This document shows positions 8,868 through 18,732 of a stretch of DNA of 60,083 nucleotides, in pieces. Both the position numbers and the translations under genes were made by a program. The notes under the pieces are model-generated. The model saw only the letters and a program-made list of their open reading frames with translations. It made no database searches and was not told where the DNA came from. Origin of the DNA: Rhodothermales bacterium (GTDB taxonomy: Bacteria > Bacteroidota > Rhodothermia > Rhodothermales > Bin80); contig JAAXGT010000091.1 of NCBI GenBank assembly GCA_012271205.1, positions 1 to 60,083 on the forward strand, in the 5' to 3' direction. Positions within the stretch are counted from its first letter, which is position 1, and the number at the start of each line of letters is the position of its first letter.

Positions 8868-11069
8868 ATGTTGCGGTATGTGCTTTTCGTACTTCTCGCA
8901 TGTACTGCGCCGACTGTGGTCCAAGCGCAGCACGCGGGCATCTTCATTTCGAGGGAAGATGCGCGTGCCATTAAGGAAGCGCAGGGACAATACAGCTTGC
9001 TGGATCAAGCCATGGCCTTGGCCAGGAAAACTATGGATGTCGCGCTCTCACGACCCATGGAGGTGCCAAATCCAGGAGAAGCCGGGGGATACGAGCATGA
9101 GCGACACAAGCAAAACTATCGCGAAATGCGTTTTGCCGGATTGCTATTCAGCATCACGGGCGAGGAGAAATACGCAGCATTCGTCCGTGATATGCTTGAA
9201 GCGTATGCGGTCCTGTATCCGACACTCGGTCCGCATCCGCTCGCTCATCACCAAAAGCCAGGGAAGATTTTCCATCAGACCCTGAACGAAGAGGTCTGGC
9301 TTGTCCACACGAGTATTGCGTACGACTGCGTGTACGACTGGCTCTCGGAAGAGGAGCGTGCCCGATATGAAGCCAACATTTTCCGGCCCATGGCAGACTG
9401 GTTTCACATTCGCAACCAGGCGGAATTCGACCGGATACACAACCATGGCACCTGGGCCGTTGCCGCCGTCGGCATGATTGCTTATGTGATGGGTGACTTG
9501 TCGCTGGTTCAAAAGGCCCTGCATGGATCCAATCTGGATGGCAACGGAGGTTTTCTGAGACAACTGGATCTCCTGTTCTCGCCCGACGGGTACTACATGG
9601 AAGGCCCGTACTACATTCGGTATGCGTTGATGCCCTTCTTCTACTTTGCGGAAGCAATTGAAAGGAGGCAGCCCGAGGTGGGGATTTACAACTACCGTAA
9701 TCAGGTGCTGCGCAAGGCGTACTATGCGGCGGTTCAGACCTCGTTTCCGAACGGCGTTTTCCCGCCCATAAATGACGCGTCGCTGACGATGGATGTGGGC
9801 GCACCGGAAGTGATTCTGGCCAACGCGCTCACATACGACCGCTATGGTGCGGATGCATCCTTGCTGGGCGTGGCCAAATTCCAGGGACGCGTGGCCCTGA
9901 ATGGTGCCGGACTAAAGCTCGCCCGGGATTACGATAGCCATGAGCGGGAGCCGGATATGAATTGGCCCTCCGTTGAATTCAGGGATGGGCATGATGGCAC
10001 CTCCGGTGGATTGGGTATCCTGCGCATGGGCCGGGGCGGGGACCAGTCTATGCTCCTAATGAAGTATGGTGTGCATGGGGGCGGACATGGTCATTTCGAC
10101 AAGCTGCACTTCATCTTTTTTGATCAGGGAAGGCAGGTCATACGTGACTACGGGTTTGGAAGATGGATCAACGTGGAACCTAAATTTGGGGGGCGTTATC
10201 TGCCGGAAAATGACTCTTACGCCATGCAGACCATAGCCCATAACACGGTAGTAGTTGATGGGATGACCCAGAACCTGTGGGATGAAGACGATGCCGAGGA
10301 AATGTCTGGACAGCGTCACATTTTTGACGCTGAGGATCCACATGCGATGGTCATGAGTGCACGTGCCGATACGTACTATGATGGTGTAGGCATGCAGCGC
10401 ACTATGCTCCTGTTACGGGATGCGTCTCTCTCGTATCCCGTTGTAGTGGATCTCTTTCGCTTGACGAGCGATGAGGCGCACCAATACGATTATCCTCTGC
10501 ATTACTCCGGTCAAAACATCACATCGAATCTTACATTCGAGACCAACACCGATTTGCTTCAGCCTCTGGGCGAGGAATACGGTTACCAGCATATCTGGCA
10601 TACAGCCCGTGCCGCTGCAGATTCAACCATCCGCTTCACATGGCTGGACGGCAATCGCTACTATTCGATCATATCCGCCCCTTGGCCGGAAACGGAAGTG
10701 CTGCTTGGCCGAACAGGAGCTAATGATCCCAATTTCAATTTGCGATCCGGCCCGGTTCTGGTCATTAGGCGCCAGGCAGCGGACCATCTGTTTGCTTCCG
10801 TGATCGAGCCTCACGGCTACTTTAACGAGGCGCGAGAGCGTTCCGAGCAGGCACGTCCCAGTATTACCGAAGTCAGGGTCGTGAGACACTCGAACGCAGC
10901 AAGTATCATTGAAGTGACGGGGTGGCAAGGGCTTCACTGGCGCATTATGATTTCTAATCGCCGCATAGGAGCGGAAGAATCACATACCGTGACGGTTGGC
11001 AGTCAGTCCTACCAGTGGACCGGCAGCCACCATGTAGAATTCCTTAGCGGCGCGGGCAGAGAGGACTAA
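8868..11069 (+). CDS. oligoalginate lyase, PL17 (alginate lyase + heparinase II/III domains)
   Basis: Signal peptide; GGYEHERHKQNY, FHQTLNE, IHNHGTW, DGYYMEGPYY, HGHFDKL, NVEPKFGGRYLPEN and QTIAHNT motifs of PL17. Confidence 0.93.
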   Translation: MLRYVLFVLLACTAPTVVQAQHAGIFISREDARAIKEAQGQYSLLDQAMALARKTMDVALSRPMEVPNPGEAGGYEHERHKQNYREMRFAGLLFSITGEEKYAAFVRDMLEAYAVLYPTLGPHPLAHHQKPGKIFHQTLNEEVWLVHTSIAYDCVYDWLSEEERARYEANIFRPMADWFHIRNQAEFDRIHNHGTWAVAAVGMIAYVMGDLSLVQKALHGSNLDGNGGFLRQLDLLFSPDGYYMEGPYYIRYALMPFFYFAEAIERRQPEVGIYNYRNQVLRKAYYAAVQTSFPNGVFPPINDASLTMDVGAPEVILANALTYDRYGADASLLGVAKFQGRVALNGAGLKLARDYDSHEREPDMNWPSVEFRDGHDGTSGGLGILRMGRGGDQSMLLMKYGVHGGGHGHFDKLHFIFFDQGRQVIRDYGFGRWINVEPKFGGRYLPENDSYAMQTIAHNTVVVDGMTQNLWDEDDAEEMSGQRHIFDAEDPHAMVMSARADTYYDGVGMQRTMLLLRDASLSYPVVVDLFRLTSDEAHQYDYPLHYSGQNITSNLTFETNTDLLQPLGEEYGYQHIWHTARAAADSTIRFTWLDGNRYYSIISAPWPETEVLLGRTGANDPNFNLRSGPVLVIRRQAADHLFASVIEPHGYFNEARERSEQARPSITEVRVVRHSNAASIIEVTGWQGLHWRIMISNRRIGAEESHTVTVGSQSYQWTGSHHVEFLSGAGRED

Positions 11070-11163
11070 GTTATGTACACGTCCGCTGTGCAAGGGAATC
11101 CGGTTCGCTACACTTGTCCTCTCCGTTGACAATTTCCTTTTTCCTATCAATCAGAATCACAGC

Positions 11164-11922
11164 ATGCACATTGATCTAAGCAGCAAGGTTGCTCTTGTAA
11201 CCGGCGGAGGGCGCGATATAGGGAAGGCAATCGCCTGCAGGCTCGCCGAAGCTGGGGCAGCCGTAATAATTAACTATAACGCGAGCAAAGAGGAAGCCGA
11301 CGCAACAGCCGCTTCAATTCGTAGCCGAGGCGGACAGGCCATTGCGATACAAGCCGACGTTACGAAAGCAGATGAGGCCAGCCGGTTGGTACGTGAGGGC
11401 GTGGCCGCCTGCGGGGGATCGCTTGATATTCTGGTCAACAATGCCGGCGGTCTCCTGGCTCGCAAAAAGCTGAACGAAATGGATGAGTCATTCTGGGACG
11501 CGGTGATGGCTGTGAATCTCAAGAGTGTCTTTCTCGTGACCCAGGCAGCACTAGTGCACATGAAAACTGGGGGCGCGATCATCAACGTGTCATCACTGGC
11601 GGCTCGCGATGGTGGCGGTGGAGGATCCGTGGCTTATGCTACGGCAAAAGGAGGTGTTTTGACTATGACCCGCGGATTGGCCAAGGAACTGGCTTCGCGC
11701 GGTATCCGCGTCAACTGTGTCTCGCCGGGCCTGATCAATACGACCTTCCACGACACGTTTACTCCGGATGCGGTTAGAAAGATGGTGGCGAGCAGAACAG
11801 CTGTCGGCCGCGAAGGAGCATCTGAGGACGTGGCCAACGCAGTCGGATTTCTCGCGTCCGAAGCTGCCGCCTATATCAACGGCGAGTCCGTCGAAATCAA
11901 CGGCGGGCTGTACTTTATTTGA
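11164..11922 (+). CDS. SDR oxidoreductase, probable DEH reductase (DEH to KDG)
   Basis: TGGGRDIG, NNAGG, YATAK, 'SSLAARDGGGGGS'. Directly downstream of PL17. Confidence 0.85.
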   Translation: MHIDLSSKVALVTGGGRDIGKAIACRLAEAGAAVIINYNASKEEADATAASIRSRGGQAIAIQADVTKADEASRLVREGVAACGGSLDILVNNAGGLLARKKLNEMDESFWDAVMAVNLKSVFLVTQAALVHMKTGGAIINVSSLAARDGGGGGSVAYATAKGGVLTMTRGLAKELASRGIRVNCVSPGLINTTFHDTFTPDAVRKMVASRTAVGREGASEDVANAVGFLASEAAAYINGESVEINGGLYFI

Positions 11923-12166
11923 GTCTGAAGTCCCCAATTTCCGGCTGCATGATTGGGAGGTGGAAGCGTTGGATTCAGCTAATGGTATGAAAGCCATCAC
12001 AACAAGTGTGGATGCCTCAAAATGAAGTCTAACATACTTGGGGTGGTCGTGGTTAGCACGGACTTTTTCCGTGTGTACGGCTGGTTTCCATTTCGGCTCA
12101 TTTGCTTAATAACAGGTGTGCCGGAGTTCTGCAGAGCCACCCAGGGGGCTTGCTGTGTATTTGCCA

Positions 12167-13165
12167 ATGACAGGTAAACCCTTTTTGCCCCCGCTGTCAA
12201 TGGTCGCATTAATGCTGGCATCGGTCGGTTGTGATCCGGTACCAGACAGCATGGAATTGCGGCTAGCCCATATTCTCGATTCCACGCATCCGGTTCACTT
12301 GGGGATGGCGTTCATGGGAGATCGTCTTGAGGAGCTGTCCGGCGGAAGCATGCGCGTAAAGATCTATCCTAGTGGACAGCTGGGTAACGAACGAGAATCA
12401 GTGGAGCTGCTTCAACTTGGCACGCTGGATATGGCCAAGACTGCCTCAAGTGTAATTGAGAATTTTGTGCCCGCCATGGGCGTTTACAGTCTGCCGTACC
12501 TGTTTCAGGACCAGGATCATCTTTGGCGGACACTCCAAGGGGACGTGGGGCAGGAAATCCTTCTGCAGGGAGAAGCATACCGAATACGCGGGCTGTGCTA
12601 CTACGATGCCGGTTTCCGAAGCTTCTATATCCATGACCGCAAGGTTGAAACTCCCGATGACCTCCGGGGCCTGAAGATTCGTGTCATGCGCAGCAATCTC
12701 TCTATCCAGACGATCAATATGCTGGGGGCCAATGCCACGCCAATGGCCTACGGTGAGCTTTACACGGCGCTGCAGCAGGGTGTGGTGGACGGGGCCGAAA
12801 ATAATCCTCCGAATTTCTTCGGTTCAAAGCATTTTGAACAGGCGCGCTACTATACGTTGGATGAACATGCGGCCCCGCCGGATGTCCTGCTGATAGGGAC
12901 ACACACTTGGAACAAATTTTCCAGTCAGCAAAAAGCGTGGCTTGCCCAGGCCGTAGAGGAATCAGTCGAATACCAGCGACGGCAGTGGCAGGAAGCAACG
13001 GAGGAAGCGTTGCAAGCCGTTGAGGAAGCCGGAGTAACGGTCTTGTACCCCGACAAGGAACCTTTTCAGGAGGCCGTATTGCCACTTTACGATGCGCTCG
13101 AAGGTTCTGAATTAGGAGCGTGGGCGGAACGCATTCGGACGCTGGCGGGCAATAGCCAACAGTAG
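12167..13165 (+). CDS. dctP: TRAP transporter substrate-binding protein (probable lipoprotein)
   Basis: HPVH, YPSGQLG.ERE, DLRGLKIRV, ELYTALQQGVVDGAENN; lipobox-like ASVGC. Confidence 0.92.
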   Translation: MTGKPFLPPLSMVALMLASVGCDPVPDSMELRLAHILDSTHPVHLGMAFMGDRLEELSGGSMRVKIYPSGQLGNERESVELLQLGTLDMAKTASSVIENFVPAMGVYSLPYLFQDQDHLWRTLQGDVGQEILLQGEAYRIRGLCYYDAGFRSFYIHDRKVETPDDLRGLKIRVMRSNLSIQTINMLGANATPMAYGELYTALQQGVVDGAENNPPNFFGSKHFEQARYYTLDEHAAPPDVLLIGTHTWNKFSSQQKAWLAQAVEESVEYQRRQWQEATEEALQAVEEAGVTVLYPDKEPFQEAVLPLYDALEGSELGAWAERIRTLAGNSQQ

Positions 13166-13179
13166 GAGGTGTTCAAGAG

Positions 13180-13680
13180 ATGACACGCGTGATAGACAAA
13201 TCCCTTGGCCTGCTGCTCGTCGCCCTGATGAGTATAATGGTAGTCACAGTTTCGTGGCAGGTTGTCACACGCTATCTGCTTAACAGCCCCAGTTCCTATA
13301 CGGAGGAACTGGCAACGTATCTGCTGATCTGGATCAGCTTGCTGGGTGCTGCTTATGCACTCCGTGTAAGAGCACATCTCGGGATAGACGTGTTGGTGCG
13401 GCGCCTGCAGGGTGAACAGCGGCGGTCCATGCGCATATTCGCGTACGTAATCATCATCATCTTCTCGATGGTAGCGCTGGTTTTTGGGGGAAGCTGGCTC
13501 GTATTTGTGACGCTTGATCTCAATCAGCTTTCCGCGGCGTTTCAAGTCCCCATTGGTTACGTGTATCTCGTGCTTCCGCTTAGCGGATTGCTTATGACGT
13601 ACTATAGCGCGATTGCCATTTGCGACCTTCGCCGAAATAAAGTGCTGGAAGGAGAAAATTTTGCCGAACTCAACAATTAA
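13180..13680 (+). CDS. dctQ: TRAP transporter small permease
   Basis: QVVTRY...TEELA.YLLIW...GAAY...HLGID; four TM helices. Confidence 0.92.
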   Translation: MTRVIDKSLGLLLVALMSIMVVTVSWQVVTRYLLNSPSSYTEELATYLLIWISLLGAAYALRVRAHLGIDVLVRRLQGEQRRSMRIFAYVIIIIFSMVALVFGGSWLVFVTLDLNQLSAAFQVPIGYVYLVLPLSGLLMTYYSAIAICDLRRNKVLEGENFAELNN

Positions 13681-13715
13681 GCCAAGAAGTCTCTAATCCC
13701 AAGGAACCAAAGCTA

Positions 13716-15008
13716 ATGGGTCTTGCCGTGCTGGTACTTGTGGCGAGCTTTCTGATCCTGCTCCTGCTGGATGTACCAGTCGCATACTGTCTGGGTATGG
13801 CTACGCTGCTTACAATGCTGGTGGCCGTGGATTTCGTCCCCGCATCCAGTACGACTGCGCAGCGCATAGCCACTGGACTTGACAGCTTTACCCTGCTTGC
13901 TATCCCATTCTTCATCCTGGCGGGCAATCTAATGGGCCGAGGAGGAATTGCCCGTCGCCTCATTGCCCTCGCTCGTGCCCTGATCGGAGCACTTCCGGGA
14001 GGCCTGGCGCTGGTGAATATCATTGCGTGTATGCTATTTGGTGCTATCTCGGGCTCCGGTATCGCAGCGGCGGCAGCGATCGGGTCCGTGATGCACCCCA
14101 AGATGGTTGATGGCGGCTATGCGCCCGGCTTCAGCACTGCGGTAAATGTTTCATCCGCAACTACAGGGCTGCTCATTCCGCCGAGCAATGTACTAATCGT
14201 TTACTCCCTTGCCAGCGGCACCGTGTCGGTCGCAGCACTGTTCATAGCCGGATACCTCCCGGGCATCCTCATTGGCGGACTGCTAATGACGGTAACAGCC
14301 TACGTGGCACACAAGAAGGGATATGGCAAAGGCGAACGGGTTCCGTTGCGCGAAGTACTCAGGCACCTCGTGCACGCACTGCCGAGCCTCACCTTGGTGG
14401 TGGTCGTCATCGGAGGCATAGTAGCGGGCATCTTCACTGCAACCGAAGCTGCGGCTATTGCCGTGCTCTATGCGCTTGTGCTCGTATTAATCTATCGCGA
14501 GGTGCGTATTCGAGAGCTGAAGGACATCCTGCTCAATAGTGTGACGACCACCGCCGTGGTGATGCTACTCATCGGTACGTCTCTGGCCCTGTCCTGGGTG
14601 CTGTCTTTTGAGGACATTCCACAAGACATAGCGGGATCATTGGTGGCGTTAAGCAACAACAAGATTGCCGTGCTTCTGATCATAAATGCCCTCCTGCTTA
14701 TGGTGGGCACGTTCATGGATATGACCCCGGCGATACTGATATTTACGCCTATTTTTCTGCCTATAGTCACGGGGCTCGGTGTAGATCCGCTCCATTTCGG
14801 AATATTGATGGTGGCCAACCTTTGCATCGGACTCTGTACACCCCCTGTTGGTACGGTTCTCTTCGCAGGTGCCGGGATCTCCAAGGTTCCTGTGCCAAAA
14901 GTTGTCCGACCACTGGCACCTCTTTATATAGCCATGCTGATCGCGCTCCTGCTGATCACGTTTGTTCCAGCAATTACGCTGGTCATTCCGCGAGTTTTCG
15001 GGTTTTAA
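13716..15008 (+). CDS. dctM: TRAP transporter large permease
   Basis: LLAIPFFILAG, FGAISGS, LIPPS, GIFTATEA, GLCTPPVG. Confidence 0.95.
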   Translation: MGLAVLVLVASFLILLLLDVPVAYCLGMATLLTMLVAVDFVPASSTTAQRIATGLDSFTLLAIPFFILAGNLMGRGGIARRLIALARALIGALPGGLALVNIIACMLFGAISGSGIAAAAAIGSVMHPKMVDGGYAPGFSTAVNVSSATTGLLIPPSNVLIVYSLASGTVSVAALFIAGYLPGILIGGLLMTVTAYVAHKKGYGKGERVPLREVLRHLVHALPSLTLVVVVIGGIVAGIFTATEAAAIAVLYALVLVLIYREVRIRELKDILLNSVTTTAVVMLLIGTSLALSWVLSFEDIPQDIAGSLVALSNNKIAVLLIINALLLMVGTFMDMTPAILIFTPIFLPIVTGLGVDPLHFGILMVANLCIGLCTPPVGTVLFAGAGISKVPVPKVVRPLAPLYIAMLIALLLITFVPAITLVIPRVFGF

Positions 15009-15152
15009 CGGTGACTTGCGAATGAGTCATGTGTCGACTGGCCGCTTGAGTATGCTGCTTCCAGCTCATTGCCGGGCAAGGCACAGTACTTTTCTGATGT
15101 GTGAACTTCCACTAAGTCAGCTTCCTTGATTTCGCATTTCACTCCTCCCTTC

Positions 15153-15920
15153 ATGACCAAGCGTTTCAAGTCCGTAGGCAAATCCCAACTTCTCAGTCAT
15201 TCTGTAGAGGAGGCCATTGAAAAATCAATTCGAAAAGGGCATCTCGTGCCGGGGATGAAGCTCTCATCAGAGCTTGAGCTGTGTGAGCAGTTCGGTGTTA
15301 GCCGGACCGTTCTGCGGGAAGCACTCCGGATGCTGTCCGGACGGGGGCTAATTCGAATCGAGAAAGGCCGCGGCATCTTTGTTTCGCAGCTTTCCGCCGA
15401 AACCGTGACTACTCCGATGGAGATGTATCTTCATCAGCATTGGGGAGATTTTCGATCCCTCGACATTATCCGCGCCCGGCAGCTTATCGAGCCGCCCATT
15501 GCGGCCGAAGCGGCCATACACCATACGCAAGACGATGCCGACAGGCTGCAGCGGGACCTTGAAAACATGAAGGGTTGGAGTGGAGGAAGCGACGAGCTGG
15601 CGGAACTGGATCTCGCCTTCCATCGCCACATCGCGGTTGCTTCCGGTAACGCGGTCGTTCCACTGCTGATAGCGCCTATTCATGCGCTTATGCCGCAGAT
15701 CAAGTCTTCGATTCACAAGGTGGTCGAGGACGCCCGATACTCAGCCATTGAATGGCACAGCCGTATTCTCGAGGCCATTCTCAAACGCGCCCCGGAAGAT
15801 GCCCGCACAAACATGGAGTACCACTTGGTTGAATCAGAAAGGCATATAGCTCAAATGTTGTCCGCCCAGTCGGCACTCGAAACACGTGACGCTCTCAAAG
15901 AGGTTGTTGCACGCCCATAG
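15153..15920 (+). CDS. FadR/GntR-family transcriptional regulator
   Basis: wHTH 'SELELCEQFGVSRTVLREAL' plus FCD domain 'DLAFH..IA.ASGN'. Confidence 0.92.
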   Translation: MTKRFKSVGKSQLLSHSVEEAIEKSIRKGHLVPGMKLSSELELCEQFGVSRTVLREALRMLSGRGLIRIEKGRGIFVSQLSAETVTTPMEMYLHQHWGDFRSLDIIRARQLIEPPIAAEAAIHHTQDDADRLQRDLENMKGWSGGSDELAELDLAFHRHIAVASGNAVVPLLIAPIHALMPQIKSSIHKVVEDARYSAIEWHSRILEAILKRAPEDARTNMEYHLVESERHIAQMLSAQSALETRDALKEVVARP

Positions 15921-15999
15921 ATGCCCAGCGATTGACGTGCGGCAACCTCATGTCTGGATTTGAAAGTAGCAGTTTGCTGCTGGTAAGCGGCTCTAAGAC

Positions 16000-18732
16000 C
16001 TATTCGTTTGCGAGTCGCCGTTGTAACTGGTGCTGATACAACGACGGCAGCATCATCGACGGCCTGTTTACTCCTTCAACGTAGGTATCTGGTGAGGTGT
16101 CCATGCGGACCGGCACATTGCTGTCGAGGCCTATGACCATGGCCTGGTCACCCAGCTCCCCGAGATAAGCTGGAAGTCGCATGGCTTCGGCATGCTCGTA
16201 CCGCACCCTAGTGTTCCACATTATCATACCGGAACGCAAATCTGCGTCCCATATCATCGTGGTTCTGCCGTCGCTTTCTATTGTGAGTTCATCAAACAGG
16301 TTGGGAAGCATGCAACCCGTGTCGTGGATGCGATCTATTGTCCCGCGACTAACGACATTGTATCCACTGTGGCCGGAACATCCCAACGGATGCAATGCAT
16401 GCGAAAGGACACGAAGGTCTCTCACCAGTATATTTCTCGAATCGTCCAGTTGGATGCCGATGTGACCGTCACGCCCGGCAACCGAAATATGCTCAAGCGT
16501 TACCTGAGAGGACGAATTCAGGACTATTCCCGCATCTGAATTCCTTATCTCCACGCTGCGCACCCATCCGTGCCGCACTTGGGTGAGATATAAAGCGTTG
16601 TAACCGTCTTCGAGGTAGTGTCCCCCATACGGTACGTGAGAAAATTCTATGGTCAAGTGCTCAATCCCTATCTCGCTCAGATGCTCAACCTGCGTCATGC
16701 GTGGCTGCATTTCGGGTGTGAGGTTGGCCAGTAGGCGTTCCTTCGTATAAAGTGTGTTTCCGCTTCTGGCAACTAATGTGACATCCTGAATACCCTGTTG
16801 CTCGACGCCGGAGCCTTGCGTAGTCCAACTAATTTGCGCGTCGGCAGGAAGTTCAATGTCTTCGAGATTCGCTACCGTTATCAAATGTGTGCCCTGCCTC
16901 CCGCCAAGAATGGGAATATCCCGTTTCGCTGGCGACTCTTGAGGCACCCGTGACCAGAATATTCCACCAGATGCCGAAAAAGGCGATGCCGTTCGCCCCT
17001 GCACACGAAGCGTGTCGCGGAATTCCACAAGTGCGGGTGGCACATCCAATGCGCCCAGAGGCTTCTCGATGAAGATCAGGGACTCACCCATTCCGCTGCC
17101 GCGCAGAATCAGACTGTCCCGCTCTAGGAACAGTATCCCGGAAAGATGAAAGTGTCCTTTGGGGATCCCTATCACCACGGGTCCCGGTTGGGCATGAGCT
17201 GCTTCGAGAGTCCGCCGGAAAGCGTCAGTATCGTCAGCCATGTCGTCGCCTGTCGCACCAAAATCGGTTACGACCAGCGTGGGCTCATGCACGGGCAGGG
17301 GGCGCTCGCCCCATTGGTAACCCGCATGGGAGAAATCAGGAAGGTATTGCACCGTGTCAGCCAGCACCTTGGGCGACCAGGGGAATCCCCACCAAGAAGG
17401 CCCGACATCGGACCGCGTCAGGGGATCCCGTACCAGCGATGCTCCCTTGCCGGCGGCAGGGCCTTCCGTTGAGGGGCGCCATAATCCATCCGTGCCAGTC
17501 AGGAGCAATGGGTCTGCCCATTGAATTCCAAGCGGTTCCGGGATGCCCAAGTCAGCCCCGTAGAATACATTCCCGCTCCAAGAAATGTCTTCTGGAGATG
17601 CCTGTGTCGAAACTACCGGAAGATCACTATCGGTAAAGATCACATTGTCGCGGAACGATACGTCATCAGGCAAAAGCGTCTTTTCTCCGTCTGCTCCCAA
17701 GCCAAAGAGGATACTCACACGGGTTCGAACGAACGTATTTCGGGCAATGACTGGCCGCTTTACCTGGAAGTACCGGTTTAAAGGCGAATTAGGTATGCCG
17801 TTCATAATGGACAGTGACGCCCGAGAAGAATCTCCCCGCAAGTCGGCGAAATAGTTGTGGGTAATGTGGTGGTCTTCTCCTATAATCCGCACGCCGCCTG
17901 TGCTTGGTTGGCCACCCCCAAGGAAGTAGTTCTGTGTCACCGTTGCTCTGTTGCCATGACGCAACGTGAGTGCGCCTTGTGCCTCATGAAAGGTGTTGTG
18001 ACGATAGGTATTGCGGCCCGACTTGTTTGAAATGATCTCATGCTCCCCATTGGTGTGCTCGAACAGATTATGCTCTACCACCGTGTAGGAATCCTGCATG
18101 GAACGACTGCTCGTGCCAATGCGAATGGTTTCACCGCCATTCTTGCCGAGCTCCGGGCGCGGACCAAAGTGGTTGTGGTCAATTCGGTGATGATTGGGGG
18201 TGTCGTTGGGAGGATCCTCAAGCCAGACAACCAGCGTGGCCCCGTCGTGCGTCTTGCCGGCAAAATAGCAGTGGTCCACGCGGTTGTGCGTGCCGTAGAG
18301 TGAAAGCCACTTGTACTGCAGAAGCCAATTCGGCGGGTTGTATTCGGTTACAGCGCAATTCGTGAGGCGACTATGATGCGCTGCCCGGTTCGTACGGAAC
18401 GCTATGACGTGTCCTCCTTCCAAGTCTCCCCGGTGAAACCACAACCCCTCCACCTTCAGGTAATGACCACCAATTCGCAGGCGGGAGCGGCCGGTAAGAA
18501 TGACCCTGCCCGGGGTTTCCGCCCGAACGGTAATGGAGTCGCCTTTCAAGCCATCAGCATCAAACACCAGATCCGCATCGTGCCATGTGCCATTGGCCAT
18601 GGTGATGGTGTCACCGGGGCGGGCCTGCCGAACAGCCTCTCTAAACTCACCGACCGTGCGCACCAGGGTGTCACCTGGTACGTCAGATGTTGCGGCCGCT
18701 AGTCCCAGTATGAGAATGCCTAAGCTGATCAA
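16000..18732 (-). CDS. PL6 alginate lyase fused to a second beta-helix (pectate lyase 3-like) domain
   Basis: PL6 motifs NGGETIRIG, EIISNKS and LTLRHG. The second half begins LPDFSHAGY...VTDFGA.GDD..DDT and ends SLYQHQL.RR. No T9SS CTD. Confidence 0.85.
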   Translation of the reverse strand: MISLGILILGLAAATSDVPGDTLVRTVGEFREAVRQARPGDTITMANGTWHDADLVFDADGLKGDSITVRAETPGRVILTGRSRLRIGGHYLKVEGLWFHRGDLEGGHVIAFRTNRAAHHSRLTNCAVTEYNPPNWLLQYKWLSLYGTHNRVDHCYFAGKTHDGATLVVWLEDPPNDTPNHHRIDHNHFGPRPELGKNGGETIRIGTSSRSMQDSYTVVEHNLFEHTNGEHEIISNKSGRNTYRHNTFHEAQGALTLRHGNRATVTQNYFLGGGQPSTGGVRIIGEDHHITHNYFADLRGDSSRASLSIMNGIPNSPLNRYFQVKRPVIARNTFVRTRVSILFGLGADGEKTLLPDDVSFRDNVIFTDSDLPVVSTQASPEDISWSGNVFYGADLGIPEPLGIQWADPLLLTGTDGLWRPSTEGPAAGKGASLVRDPLTRSDVGPSWWGFPWSPKVLADTVQYLPDFSHAGYQWGERPLPVHEPTLVVTDFGATGDDMADDTDAFRRTLEAAHAQPGPVVIGIPKGHFHLSGILFLERDSLILRGSGMGESLIFIEKPLGALDVPPALVEFRDTLRVQGRTASPFSASGGIFWSRVPQESPAKRDIPILGGRQGTHLITVANLEDIELPADAQISWTTQGSGVEQQGIQDVTLVARSGNTLYTKERLLANLTPEMQPRMTQVEHLSEIGIEHLTIEFSHVPYGGHYLEDGYNALYLTQVRHGWVRSVEIRNSDAGIVLNSSSQVTLEHISVAGRDGHIGIQLDDSRNILVRDLRVLSHALHPLGCSGHSGYNVVSRGTIDRIHDTGCMLPNLFDELTIESDGRTTMIWDADLRSGMIMWNTRVRYEHAEAMRLPAYLGELGDQAMVIGLDSNVPVRMDTSPDTYVEGVNRPSMMLPSLYQHQLQRRLANE

